In this document: piece after piece, positions 1 through 14,140 of the stretch
Numbering within the stretch: position 1 is the first letter of the stretch
How the letters are laid out: every line of letters begins with the position of its first letter
Assembly (NCBI RefSeq): GCF_009914755.1
Contig: NC_060940.1
From: the human T2T-CHM13v2.0 reference genome, Homo sapiens
Length of the DNA stretch: 64,000 nucleotides
Strand: one strand, 5' to 3'
Translations under genes and position numbers: made by a program
The notes under the pieces: model-generated
Told to the model about the DNA's origin: nothing
Seen by the model: only the letters and a program-made list of their open reading frames with translations
Database searches by the model: none

Positions 1-185
1 AGATGTTCTTTCAGTAAAGACTTGAAGGAGAGAAGGAGGTGAGCCGTGAAAACCCCTAGGTCAAGAGCAGTTGGGGACAGAAAGTGCAAAGGCCCTAATG
101 GTGGGGCCTTCTGCATGGCTTTGAAGATCAGCAGAGACCACAGGGCCAGAGCAGAGCGAGTGAAAGAAAGATAATTAGCTGTGGG
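1..185 (-). mobile_element. L2 fragment
   Basis: Resembles antisense L2 (agacttgaagga...gcaaaggccct). Confidence 0.5.
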
Positions 186-537
186 GTCACAGCATAATTA
201 TACGGGCTTTATTCATGGAAGTTATAAGCCAAAAGTAAGTCACAGTTGCCCTAAGTCAATTCACCTGGTGGCAGCCAGGGGAATGTGACCAAAAAGTCAC
301 TTTCTTAATATTTGCAACATTTTCCACTCAGCTCTTTGCAAGCTTATTTGTGTGATGACATCTTTCCCTAGTTGCCAACCGTAATACAAAGAAACCTTCA
401 CAAATACCAATAAAACCCAGACTCCCTGAGGGTGGAAATGAATCTCAATGAATGTCAAGGGAAAGGGCAGCTGGATCTCTAAACTCTGGTTCCCAGAGGT
501 GTCTTCCTTTTGAGATCTGTGACAGCCACCAGCACGC

Positions 538-556
538 TAGCCGCGAGGGGGCGTTG
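538..556 (+). promoter_or_regulatory. CTCF motif TAGCCGCGAGGGGGCGTTG
   Basis: Close match to the CTCF core (CCGCNAGGGGGCG); local CpG cluster in otherwise CpG-poor DNA. Binding not shown. Confidence 0.65.
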
Positions 557-894
557 CTTCCCACCTAACACCCAGCCTTGACGGGCAGGGACCTCTCTTT
601 AATGCCCTAGCACGGTTGGGTCAGGGTGAAGCATGAAATCAAGGCTGCAGATACTAGGAGAGAGCAGAAGGGAACGAAGCCCAGGGACCTTTAGGAGATG
701 TGGTCAACTGGGGCTCCAGGCCAGCCCCAGAATCAGCTTTCAGCTGGCCTGTGTGAACTGGGCACCTTGTAACACTTATTTGTTCATGTAACACATCTCT
801 GCTGGGTGAATATCATGTGTCAGGCACCGTGCTTTGCAATAGGCATGTATCTGGAATAAAATTGGCATACATCTTATACTTCAAAAAGAAATCA

Positions 895-1193
895 GGCCGG
901 GCACAGCAGCTCACATCTGTAGTCCCAGCACTTTGGGAGACCAAGGTGGGCAGATCACCTGAGGTCAGGAGTTCGAGACCAGCCTGGTCAAAATGGTGAA
1001 ACCCCGTCTCTACTAAAAATACAAAAATTAGCTGGGTGTGGTGGTGCGCACCTGTAATCCCAGCTACTTGGGAGGCTGAGACAGGAGAATCACATGAACC
1101 CAACAGGAGGAGGTTGCAGTAAGCTGAGATCGATCGCACCAGTACCCTCCAGCCTGGGCAACAGAGCAAGACTCCATCTCAAAAAAGAAAAAG
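895..1193 (+). mobile_element. AluS
   Basis: Full dimer with A-tail; TSD-like aaaagaaatc/aaaagaattc. Confidence 0.95.
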
Positions 1194-1381
1194 AATTCTG
1201 CCCCACAGAATCCATCATTTAAAAATCCTTGTTTGACAGCACGAAAATTTGGGGAATGTGGTAGGCAGCACTAGGTAAGTAGAACACGCGGCTGTGTCGA
1301 GAATGCATTGGCTAAGGGCAGGAGCAGTTTCCTAAACATTTCAATTCCTGGAAGTCGAGATCCAAAAGAACAAGACCAAGA

Positions 1382-1386
<5 letters not shown>

Positions 1387-1415
<29 letters not shown>
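1387..1415 (+). repeat. Poly(A) tract (~29 nt)
   Basis: Seen directly. Confidence 0.95.
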
Positions 1416-1417
<2 letters not shown>

Positions 1418-2419
1418 AGGGTGCTCTTTCTTTCCTATCTCCGATAAAACTTCCAGCATGCTTTTCCCATCTAAGGACCCAACTCACACCCAGATACCTG
1501 GGCTGGGGGAGAACGTCTTCCTTCTTCAGGCAGGAGCGGGCTGGGTGGGAACTCATGTCTATGAACCCTCTAGGATGAATAGAACCCAGCAGTCATGCGA
1601 ATGGCCATGCACGGCACACAGGGGAGGCATCTCCTTCCTTCCACTCTGGAGCACTTGTGGCCTGTCTGTCCAAGGACGTGTCCACCTTAATTTCATATTT
1701 GTAACAAGTATTTGTCAAAATGCATTCATTTTTCCATGATATGTAGCATTTAGTTTCTTCAGAGTGTTTTTGCTTCCTTTTAAATGTCATTTATTATTTT
1801 GCTGACTTTTAGCCCTTGGGAGACTTTTTTTTTAGCCATTTCATTCACATACATCTACCTTAATTGGCTAAAAATCCTTGAAATGCTGAGATATAGCTAA
1901 GGAAAAATACATCCAGAAGAGAGAGCTGCCACTGACCTTCGAAGAACAGCCCCCAGGGTTCAGTGTTTCATCTTTGTGATGCAAAATGCAAAATTCATTC
2001 TTTGTGGCCATAAAACGAATAAGACATTTTTTCTTACATTATTATAAAATAAATACATGCTGATTGCATAAGTTATAGAAAATACATAAGCCAAAAGGAG
2101 GAGGGGGAGAAGGGGGAAAAGAGGAGGTAGAGAAAGGAAACGAAAAAATTAGAATTACCCATTACCTCATTAGCCAGAAAGTCATCATTTCTCACTAATA
2201 CACCCTGGTAACCTATCAGGTTTTAATATGCCCATTTCACGCCAAGCCAAACTCTCTCTCTTGTTTTTGTTCACTCATTCATTTTATAAACATTTATTGA
2301 CCACCTACTATGTGCCAGACTCTACACTAGGTACTGAAGCTACAACAGTGAAGAGGTAATCCCAACACAGACTGACACCTGCAGGAGGGAGGCTCCCTAC
2401 CCTGACAGCTTTTTTTTTT

Positions 2420-3055
<636 letters not shown>

Positions 3056-3120
3056 CCCTGACAGCTTTGGGGACCAAGCAGTGCTGTCTACCCAGACTTA
3101 AAAAAATGGGTAGGAATTAG

Positions 3121-3259
3121 CCAGGCAATGGGAAAAGGTTGGGGGATGGGTTGGAGGGACAGTGCAGAGAGTGGCCCATGTGTTGTGGCCCAGGCAGTGG
3201 GAACAAGGTGGGGGGACAGGTTAGAGGGACAGTGCAGAGAGCGGCCCACGTGTTGGAGG
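3121..3259 (+). repeat. Two-copy tandem duplication, ~69-bp unit
   Basis: ccaggca(a/g)tggga...gagggacagtgcagagag(t/c)ggccca(t/c)gtgttg occurs twice. Confidence 0.85.
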
Positions 3260-4280
3260 AGGTGAATGAAGGAGGTTCATCCTGGCTGGAGCCTGGGTCA
3301 CCAGGAAGGGAAATATAGAGCTGGGATAACTCACCCACGTGAGGTCATGAAGTGTCTTTATCCTAAGAGAATGTGGGCCGTCAGTGGCTGTGGAATGATG
3401 GGATTTGAGAAGGGGTGATAATGAAGGCAGGGAGACAAATGCAATCCCTGTGCCTGGCTACAGATGCCAGAGGTGGGTGGAGAGGAGGAGAGAAGGGATG
3501 CCTCGGAGAGGCACTCAGGAGGCAGGACCAGCAGGACGCAATCACGGAATGCATGTGGAGGTGAGGAAGGGGCAGTGTTGAAGGAGATGCATGATTCTCA
3601 ACACAAACAATGGTGGTGTTAGCCACTAAGAGAGGGGACCCCAGAGAATGTCATAAGTTCAATATTTGACATATTGAGGTCCAGGTTTCTGTGGGACATC
3701 CAGCGGGAGGTGATCAGTGGGGAGGTGAATGCAGATGGTGCTTCTGTCATTAGTGACTGGTTTCCAGGTTCCCTGCAAAGTGTGTGTCCCTGTCCAAAAT
3801 CTCCATGCTAGTAATCAGCTGTTTCTCTGCTTGGGTACTGGGTTTTGGATTCTGAGTCTTACCTAATTCTGAAGCAAATGGTTACAAAGAGAAAAAGCTA
3901 AACAACTTGTTGTTTTATCTACATGGTATCAAGAATTTTAAAAAATCACCTAAAACTAAAACTAAATTGTGGATTCACACCGGCATGTGGGCTTGAGCCG
4001 GCTCCTCCCGCAGCATCTGCCAACACATAAGGCCTTCCCTCCACTCCTTATTCCAGGAACCCAAACTATCGCGGGGCCCACTTCAGCAGCTCTGCATTCC
4101 GATGGGGCTCAGGAAGTCACACTGCCCAGTTAGTGTCCTCAGGTTAGGCTGAGAATACCAAATCCATGAGGACAACCCCATACTCCATAGCTAGCTTAAG
4201 ACTTGGCTGCCAATGCGGGACACCAGACACCTTAACAAGGAAGATATGAAGGCCAAAGATATGAAAAGAGGCTGTCAGGG

Positions 4281-4642
4281 TGTATTAGTCCGTTTTCACA
4301 CAGCTGATAAAGACATACTCAAGACTGAGTAATTTATAAAGGAAAAGAGGTTTAATGGACTCACAGTTCCATGTGGCTGGGGAGGCTACACAATCATGGC
4401 AGAAGGTGAAAGGCACGTCTTACATGGCAGCAGACAAGAGAGAATGAGAGCCAAGCAAAAGGTGCTTCCCCTTATAAAACCATCAGATCTCGTGAGACTT
4501 ATTCACTACCATGAGAACAGTATGGGAGAAACCGCCCCCATGAGTCAATTATCTCCCACTGGGTCCCTCCCACAACACATGGGAATTATGGGAGCTGCAA
4601 TTCAAGATGAGATTTGGGTGGGGACACAGCCAAACCATATCA
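4281..4642 (-). mobile_element. THE1 (ERVL-MaLR) solo LTR
   Basis: tgtattagtccgttttcac...gggacacagccaaaccatatca termini and typical internal sequence. Confidence 0.92.
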
Positions 4643-5308
4643 TCACGGGGCTCACAAAATACATTCAGGAGACTTGACTGTGTTTTATTCAAATAATAGC
4701 TCAGTTAGTGACACCTTCTTGTGCCAAGAACTTGTCTTACGTCTGTTCATCTGATTCTCCCTGTCCCTCCCATGAGCCCCATGTTGGGAGAGGACCCCCA
4801 TCAGGCTGCGCCCAGCTTTTCTAAACCTTGACAGTCTATGTGAACCATACGCAGATGCTCCACACCTGCTGGGTTATCTCCACACCAGGTATTTGGAATT
4901 TCCAAACCCCCTTAGCTCAGGGTTGTTTGTGTTCACTTTTCCTCCAGATCTTTGGCATCTTGAGTGCTGCAGCCGAAAGCTTTTCAGGTGGCTCCATTGC
5001 CCTCAGCTCAAGGTCTTTTCCTAACTCAAATCCTGCCGCACTATGAGGGGGACATGGTCTGCTTCCTGATTTTATTTATGTGATGCATGCCTTTGTAGTT
5101 CAGAAAAATTAACCAAAACATTTTCAGTTCCTTAGTTTGTCAGTCCATCCATTCATCTGCTCATCCACCTATCCATCTATGCAGCTAATAAACATTTACC
5201 AAGCACACACTCTGAGAGTACTGTGTTAATAAAAACAGATATGGCCCCTGCCCTCATGGAGGTTATAGTCTAGTGGTGACGACAAGCATTAATGAAAACA
5301 CCACACAA

Positions 5309-5640
<332 letters not shown>

Positions 5641-6384
5641 TTATAAACTGAGATAGGTGCTTGCAAGAAATGGTATTTGTTCTGTGAAGCAGGAAATAAA
5701 AATATCTTGACATAGACCAGGTGATCAGGGAAGGCTTTACTGAATAAATATCTGACTGAAGAAGGCTAAGACCGCCCTTGGAGCCCAATCTTCTATTCAG
5801 GACCATCCTCTACAGAGGGAACCTGGTATGCTAAGCCACAGCTCAGGAGAGCTGCAGCTGAATGGAAACTAAGCCAGGTAATGGAGTCTCTAGTCTTCAT
5901 AGGCAGGGGATGCAGAATGACACATTTCTTTCCTCCCAAGAAGCACCCAGGTAAGGTAGGCTGGCACCTCCTTTCCCCGGTGGCAAATCCTGTGCAAGAT
6001 AGAGAGTGAGCTCAGAGGAACCTGCTTCTTCTTGAGAGCCTATGATTTTCCACAGATTAACAATTTATAGATGTGGAGGTCTGATGTCCCTAATATTAAT
6101 CAAAAATAGGTCTATTTTTTTTGGAAGACATGGGAAGTTTATTTTTAAAAGGGGGACAAATTATCAGAATAGCAAAAATAAAAGAGTGGGGAAAATGGAT
6201 TTTTCTGTGTCTGTGTCTATTATTGAAGCAGCACAGAAATGAACTCAAGGGAAGAAAACTTGAATTCTGCCTTCTTCTCCATTCTCTACCAGCGATCTCA
6301 CTTAATCTCAAGAGCTGCAAATGGCCCCACATTTACATAAACACTTCTCCATTGTTACCAATGGAGAAGTTAACAACGGCCTAA

Positions 6385-6666
6385 GGCCGGGCGCAGTGGC
6401 TCACGCCTTTAATCCCAGCACCTTGGAAGGCCAAGGCAGGTGGATCACAAGGTCAGGAGATCGAGACCATCCTGGCTAACACGGTGAAACCCCGTCTCTA
6501 TTAAAAATATAAAAAAATTAGCCAGGCATGGTGGCGGGCGCCTGTAGACCCAGCTACTCAGGAGACTGAGGCAGAATGGCGTGAACCCAGGAGGCGGAGG
6601 TTGCAAGTGAGCCGAGATGGCGCCAGAGATGGAAAACAGAGCGAGACCCTGTCTCAAAAAAAAAAA
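6385..6666 (+). mobile_element. AluY
   Basis: gagatcgagaccatcctggctaacacgg and gaatggcgtgaacc diagnostics. Confidence 0.9.
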
Positions 6667-6898
6667 GTCCTAATGGCCTTAGGACACCTCTAGTCCTCTA
6701 GTCTTAGAGCTCCCGTCCTTCTCATTAGAAGCCTAGTCTAACTGATTTGGAAAAGCTGGGTACTTGGATCACCGTGTTGAAGTTGGTGCCTAGGTTTTTT
6801 AGGCAAGATTCCAAGTCATGTTCAATTATTTATTCATTCAGTAAGTACCTGTAAGTGTCAACGATGTTACAGGCACTGTTCTAAGTACTAGGGGTACA

Positions 6899-7424
<526 letters not shown>

Positions 7425-7699
7425 TTAAATTAATATGAATACTTTTAATGAAAAAGCATCTATTTGTGGTCTCATTTTTATAAAATATTTATATCCTTTA
7501 ACTCTATGTATACATAAAAATATATCTGAGTAGCGTGCATCCCGTGTTAACTAAAGCTATTTCTCAGTAGTGGGATTTTTCTCTTTTTTTTCCACATGTA
7601 AACTTTTCTACGTCCTTTGATTTCTTTGAAACAAGCACGGTATCTCTTTAAAAAGACAACAGATTGGTTGTATTATTAACTACTGCTACCAGAAGTGAA

Positions 7700-8830
7700 T
7701 GGGCCAAGATGTTAAGAGGAGAGGAAAGGAGAAGAAGGAGGGGAGGGTGTCAGACCGACGGAGTTGGGGGGAGCAGGAGGCGAGAAAGGGGAGAGGAGCG
7801 AGAGAGAGAAGAGGGGGGCTCAAATGACGGAGAGAGCGAAAGAGAGGGCAGGAGGCGAGTAGGAGATGAGCCAGAGGAGAGGAGGACACTGCAGACCCGG
7901 GGGGAGGGCAAGGGCGCCGACCGCAGGCCGGGGAGGCTGCAGGAGACTGGGGGCCAGGGGAGCGGGGGAGTCGGCAGCGCCGCCTGGGACAGAGCTTGCC
8001 GCACGCTGACCTACTTTCTGGGGCCGATGTGTTTGCAGCCAGAGGTACCGCGGAGCCAAGCCCGGAGCCTCGGGGAGCCGCGAGCGAGCGCAGACTGGGA
8101 GGGAGCCGGCCGGGCTCCCCGCCACCCCTTCCTCCGCGCGCCAAGACCTGTCAGTTTCACCCAGCCCGGCTTCCCTGGAAAGGCGGGATCCCTCTGCAGA
8201 TTTCCAGGCTCTTGGAAGAGGACCGGCGCGTCTATTAAACCCGAGTCGCTCCACGGGCTCTCCGCCCAGAGCACAAGCTGCCTTCCCCCGGGAACTGGAC
8301 CTCGGCAGCGGCCTGCGCAGAGCCGGGCTCCGGGGCCCTGGCCGCTCTCGGGAAGGCCCCGCGGGTTCCCACCAGGCCAGAGGGAGAACCACCAGGAGGC
8401 CGCGCGCGCGCACACGCCGGGCGCCCTCCTCGTGCCGAGGTGGAAAGAGCCTGCGACAGGCAGGCCCAGGTTGTCATTTAGGCTCCGCCACTTTCCGCTC
8501 GTGTCCTTGGGCAAGTTACTTGACGCTTCCGAGCCCTATTTTTTTTCTCATTTTTAAGATGGAGAAAATGCCATCCACATCTCAGGGTCAAGGTGAGGAT
8601 TATAAATAAAATAACGTGTGTGAAAGTGCCTGGCATAGCAGCCGGCACGTGGTGTGTGCTCAATAAAAATGTTAGTTCATCCACTCGGGAGGAAGCTGCT
8701 TTGCCGGCGCGTCATGACGGATCCAGGAGCCGGCCAACCGTGCTCTATGATCGTGACCGGGCTATGGCCATCGGTGAACGCTGGTCATAAGCGATTTGTG
8801 TCATCGTAGTGCCTGACGCCGGGAGACAAG
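7700..8830. promoter_or_regulatory. CpG island, promoter/enhancer-like, with no coding gene attached in this window
   Basis: Abrupt rise in GC and CpG density; GCGCGCGCGC run near 8402; G-runs at 7899-7970; E-box CACGTG at 8646; CpGs retained even in the adjoining MIR. Confidence 0.85.
8495..8676 (+). mobile_element. MIR
   Basis: ccttgggcaagttact...gtgaggatt...ggcacgtgg...gctcaataaa core and 3' end. Confidence 0.75.
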
Positions 8831-8904
8831 CTTGGGGAAATGCCTTTTTTCTGAAACATTTCCTATGAAATAGTTTGGCCCCACGCCCACTAACTAAAGA
8901 ATGA

Positions 8905-9231
8905 GGCTGGCAGGGCGTGGTGGCTCATGCCTGTAGTCCCAACACTTTGGGAGGCCGAGGCGGGCAGATCAGCTGAGGTCGAGAGTTCTAGAACAGCCTG
9001 ACCAACATGGAGAAACCCCGTCTCTACTAAAAATACAAAATTAGCCGGGCGTGATGGCGCATGCCTGTAATCCCAACTACTTACTCTTGAGGCTGAGGCT
9101 GACGCAGGAGAATCGCTTGAACCCGGGAGGCGGAGGTTGCCGTGAACCAAGATTGTGCCATTGCACTCCAGCATGGGCAACAAGAGTGAAACTCCGTCTC
9201 AAAAATTAATTAATTAATTTAATAAAAATAA
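8905..9231 (+). mobile_element. AluSp-like element interrupting the duplicated segment
   Basis: gaccaacatggagaaacc diagnostic; TSD aaagaatga/aaagaagga. Confidence 0.92.
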
Positions 9232-9799
9232 AAAGAAGGACGCTGTGGATTACTGGTGTAAATAAAAGTAATAAACACTTCAAAAGCGATTGCTATGATA
9301 CAAACAGAGAGTGCCAGAGCTTTAGGTGAAATCACTCATGCAGCCTCTGGGCAGTGCTAGGGGCAGGTGCACTCACCATGCGGACAACTGAGGCTGAAAT
9401 AAACGGTAAAGTAACAAGTGGATATTTGTCATTTTGGTGTCACTTGACACGTACTTCCTCTTCATAGGGTGAATATATTTATTTCTTCTGGAGAAATTCC
9501 TTGTCCCCACTGTGCCATCTTAGGTAGCTGAAAATCAGAGTTTCTTGCTCTCCCTGAGTCAAGAGTGGGCCCATGATCCCACAGGCCAAAGGGACCTTCT
9601 CTTCCTCAGGACTTGGAATCTTGAGGGGAACATGCAAGGACAGAATAAAACAATAACAATAATAATAACAATCATGGGGCATTTTCTTGCTAGTGGTGAC
9701 ACCCTGTCTAGGGTATCATTGCTTGCACACCACCACCCACAGCCTACAAGCCTCATGGGCCCCTCCAGACCCACCACCTCCAGACTCAGGAACCCAGAT

Positions 9800-10630
9800 G
9801 AGGTCAGGACAGCTTCCATTTAATGTTCCAAGGGCACTAACATGTGAACTGTCATCTTCCCCTCAGCTCCAAACCTGCGCCTCTCCCAGCTAGTGCAGGC
9901 CACCACCGTTCATCCAGTTTCCCAGTGGAGAAAGCTGGGAATCATCCTAGACCCTTCTTTCCTCATCCCCATCCATCTGGTCCCCAGGTCTGTCCATTTT
10001 ACCCCCTAAAGAGCTCGCAAGTCCATTCCTTCTTCACCTGCCTCAGGTCAACGCATCCCTTTTCTCCTGGAAGGTGGCACTAGCTTCTCAGATGCCTCCT
10101 GCCTCTAGGGCTTTCCCCTCCAAACCCATCTTCCACATTGTAGTCAGGGTGATCTTTCTAAATGCCTACCTAGTTATGGCAGGGGCTTAAAACTCTTTAG
10201 TACCCTGCCAATTGCCCCTGAATGAAGTCCAGACTCCACATCATGATAACAAGCTTTGCATTCCTTTCCACTCTGCCCCCATTCTTTGCATCTCCCAGCA
10301 CTCCTACGCAAGCACCCTCCTCTAGCTACGTGAAATCTTTCACTGTTTCCTAGACACTCCTTGCCTTTTTTGCTCCTCTAAGCCTTTGCACTTGCTATTT
10401 CCTCCACTTAGAAGGACGCTTACCCTCACCTCTACCTAGAAAACTCCTCCTCATGCTTCAAGAATGAGCTCAAATATCCCCCGTTGAGAGAAGCATCATC
10501 TGACTCCCACAGGCAAAATGTAGCAGTCCTTTTGAGTTCCCTACTATACCTGCTCCCCATCCCTGCCGCAGCACAGACTTTACTGCACTGCCTTTACCCA
10601 ATGACTTATGTCTCCATCTGTCCCCTCCAC
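9800..10630 (+). mobile_element. L2 3' region
   Basis: C/T-rich L2-like motifs (catctggtcccc...tccattttacccc; agcctttgcacttgct). Confidence 0.65.
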
Positions 10631-11086
10631 CCACTACACCAACTCCAGCAGAGTAAGAACTCATTCAGTGATCACTAAGGAAGAATGGCTAAGTACATTC
10701 TGGTTGGAGATGGGGAAAGGAGATGGTCTTAGGTTTGCTTTTCCCCAAGCAGATCATGGGAAACTGGTTTGAAATGAACTTCTTCACATTTCTGAGAGTG
10801 AATAAGGTATAAGCCTGGAACTGCTAGGTGCAGGTTTGGAGCTGAGGGGAAGATGACAGTTCATCTGTTAGTGCCCTTGGAACATTAAATGGAAGCTGTC
10901 CTGCTTCCTGTCCCCATGAGGAAAACACTGCCTGAGAATGGAGCCAAAACAAAGGAAGACGGTGTTAGGAGCTTGAGTGAGAACAAGTTCTGATGGCATC
11001 TGAGCCCACAGAGGTGGCTGTTCCTGAAGTCAGTCATGACTCTTGAACTTTTTAGTTGTAAGCCATTCCCTGTTTTTGCCTAAGCC

Positions 11087-11422
11087 ATTTTGTTTTTGTT
11101 TTGTTCTGTTTTGTATGGGGTTTTTTTGGTGTTTTGTTTTTTGAGACGGAGTCTCACCGTGTTGCCCAGGCTGGAGTGCAATGGCGCATCTCGGTTCACT
11201 GCAACCTCCGCCTCCTGGGTTCAAGCAATTCTCCTGCCTCAGCCTCCCGAGCAGCTGGAATTACAGGCACCCGCCACCACGCCCAGCCAATTTTTATATT
11301 TTTGGTAGAGACTGGGTTTCACCATGTTGCCCAGGCTGGTCTCGAACTCCTGACCTTAGGTGATCTGCCCAACTCGGCCTCCCAAAGTGCTGGGATTACA
11401 GGCGTGAGCCACCACACCAGGC
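11087..11422 (-). mobile_element. AluS inserted in an MLT1-like LTR
   Basis: Full dimer; TSD gcctaagccattttg/gcctatgccattttg. Confidence 0.92.
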
Positions 11423-11759
11423 TCTGCCTATGCCATTTTGAATGCAGACTTTCCATCTATTGCGAGCAAGAGAATCTTCATGCTGCTAAAGCATGTTGAA
11501 ATAAGAATATCCTTTTGAGAGAAAAACTTTAAAACTCATATGTCCTGAATCAAAATAGAAGTATGAGATCAACTTGAGGCAGAATAGCCCTTTGGAAGGC
11601 AAGACTGGATTGCAAAGACTTATTGAGAGCATATCTCATGCCAAGACTCTAAGTTACCTGACATAGAATGTGTCCAACAGAAGAAAGGCTGGTCAGACAT
11701 GAGTGCCTGCACAAAAGAGGGTCATGGAGAAAGAGTTGGCAAGGCCCACGAAAGCACCA

Positions 11760-12246
<487 letters not shown>

Positions 12247-12435
12247 AATGTCACAAGTGAAATTGTTTCAGGCATCCTAGCTGAGACAGTCTCTTAAAAC
12301 CACCCAAATTCTTGCATATATCTCAGTCTCATTGCCACCCTCTGACAATCTGGGTTCCCAGGTGGCTCACCACCAGGAAGAGAATACAGGGAGCTACTGA
12401 TGGGAGCACTTGGGTCCACCTGAGAGCTGTGGTTC

Positions 12436-12593
12436 TCATTGCAAAGTCAGATGCTGGGAGACAGGCGTGGGGAAATGCCTCCTTTCTGAAGCATTTCCCA
12501 TGAAATAGTTTGGCCCCATGCCCACTAACTAAAGAACTATGCTGTGGATTACTGGTGTAAATGAAAATAATAAACGCTTGAAAAGTGATTGCT
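12436..12593 (+). repeat. Second copy of a ~150-bp segment also found at 8801-8904 + 9241-9294
   Basis: Hand alignment of the core: 7 mismatches in 81 nt and 6 mismatches in 54 nt. Confidence 0.9.
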
Positions 12594-13767
12594 TGGGCAG
12601 GCCTGGGTTCAAGTATAACTAATCTTGGGGAATAATAACTAGGATTTGTTTAAGCCTACACTCCAGACGTTTTCATACGTTACCTAATCTCATCATCATA
12701 AACCTGAGAGAGAGAAATTATCATCTCCATTTCTACATGAGGAAATCAAGGTATATTAAGATGAAGACATTTTCTCAGGGTCACACAGTTGCCTGCTTTC
12801 CAAACCCATGCATTTTTCATGTTACCACCAACTACCGCAAGCCACGTCTAAGTTTTAGTGATCACGCACTGGTCTTTGTGGTAACCTTGAGTACCGTGCT
12901 GCTCTCTTGATGTTTCTACCAACAGACTCTGACTCTACCCTTCACAACAGGGTGTGTGAGCCCAGGCACGACTGGCTGGGATACCCTCCTGAACGCAGGG
13001 ATTGACTTAGGGATGGCAATATGACCCAAGTCAGGCCCATCAGAGTTCTCCCCTGTGTTGCTGTGAACAGAGACAGCACAGAAAGCCCTCTGCCTCTGTG
13101 GCCTTGGAGGAAGCTCCTCTACAGGAGGAGGGAATAAAGTCCATGAGAAACCAGAAGAGGTGACAGCTGGGCAGCAGAAGCGCCAACAGCACCAGGCCTC
13201 CAGCTCCTTTCTAGAAGTTTCCATTCTAGAGCTTCCATTCTGTGAACTTCCCACACAACATCCTGGACAGTGAGAGTCCATCCATGGGCGGGAGTGAGAG
13301 AACGATAAACATCGTCGCTGCCATTTGTTACATTTATTCTTCAAATCTAAACTCTAAGGCAGTTAGAAAATAACTAACTACCTCAGAGTTATTATTAGTA
13401 GTTATTAGAGGAATAACTAACTACCTTAGGGATACTCTAACTACCTTAGGTATTCTTTGCCAAAATGAGGTAGGTGTTCATTGCCAAAAGGTAGGTATTC
13501 TTTGCCAAAATGAGAATAAGGAACAAAATGGTAGAGAAATTGCCCAAGGTCAAACAGAGGTGAGTGGCAGAGAACTCAGGAGGTAGGGCTCCAACTCAGC
13601 CTCCATCAACATGAGAAAATGCACGTCAATATTTGGATCCTGTCAGTGAAAGCAGGGTGAAGTTATGCCTCAGTTTAAGGAGGGAGCTGGAAGCAGTTTT
13701 GATGCCTCCACTGAGGCATGTTTGCCCCAGGAGATGTAGGGTCTCCTCCTGGCTTACGTAAAGAACC

Positions 13768-14140
13768 AGTGTGTTAGTCAGTATTCTGTTGTAACCCAGA
13801 CTCCAAAACTCTCCGTGGTTTACAGCAGAGGTTTAATTCTTGCACTCAAGTCTGCAGCTCAGCTGCCTCTGCTTAGCTCTGCTCCCATCTTCTCACTCCA
13901 GGACTCAGGCTGAAAGAGCAGCATCATCTGGGAACTGTGGAGCTTACAGCAGAAAGCAGTAAGGCAAGAGGCCAAGCCAAACTATGCAATCTCATTGAAA
14001 GCTTCTGCTCAGACAGCATAAATCATGTCCGCTCACATTCCATTGGAAGAAGCGAGTCACAAGGCCAAACCTGCCAACATACTCCCCTTACTGGATTGCT
14101 CCTGGAAGTCACGTGGCAAACGGTGTTGGACGTGTAATAC
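13768..14140 (-). mobile_element. MLT1-family LTR remnant
   Basis: tgtgttagtcag...ccgctcacattccattgg...agtcacaaggccaaacc. Confidence 0.6.

Noticed and set aside
813-1169. Numerous 60-150-aa ORFs with [20 protein letters not shown] motifs throughout the window
   Set aside because: Translations of Alu sequence.
7664-8557. 297-aa ORF and overlapping 150-200-aa ORFs on both strands
   Set aside because: Near-cognate starts, low-complexity R/G/P/E content, and several frames open at once; expected from stop-codon scarcity in a CpG island. No recognisable domain.
8700-8820. CpG-rich stretch that looks almost bacterial or synthetic
   Set aside because: Contiguous with the island and its 3' part aligns with the duplicate at ~12436; no gene or vector feature recognised.
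13369-13514. Repeat-spacer-like pattern suggesting a CRISPR array
   Set aside because: Eukaryotic DNA, irregular overlapping units, no unique spacers of constant length, no cas genes.
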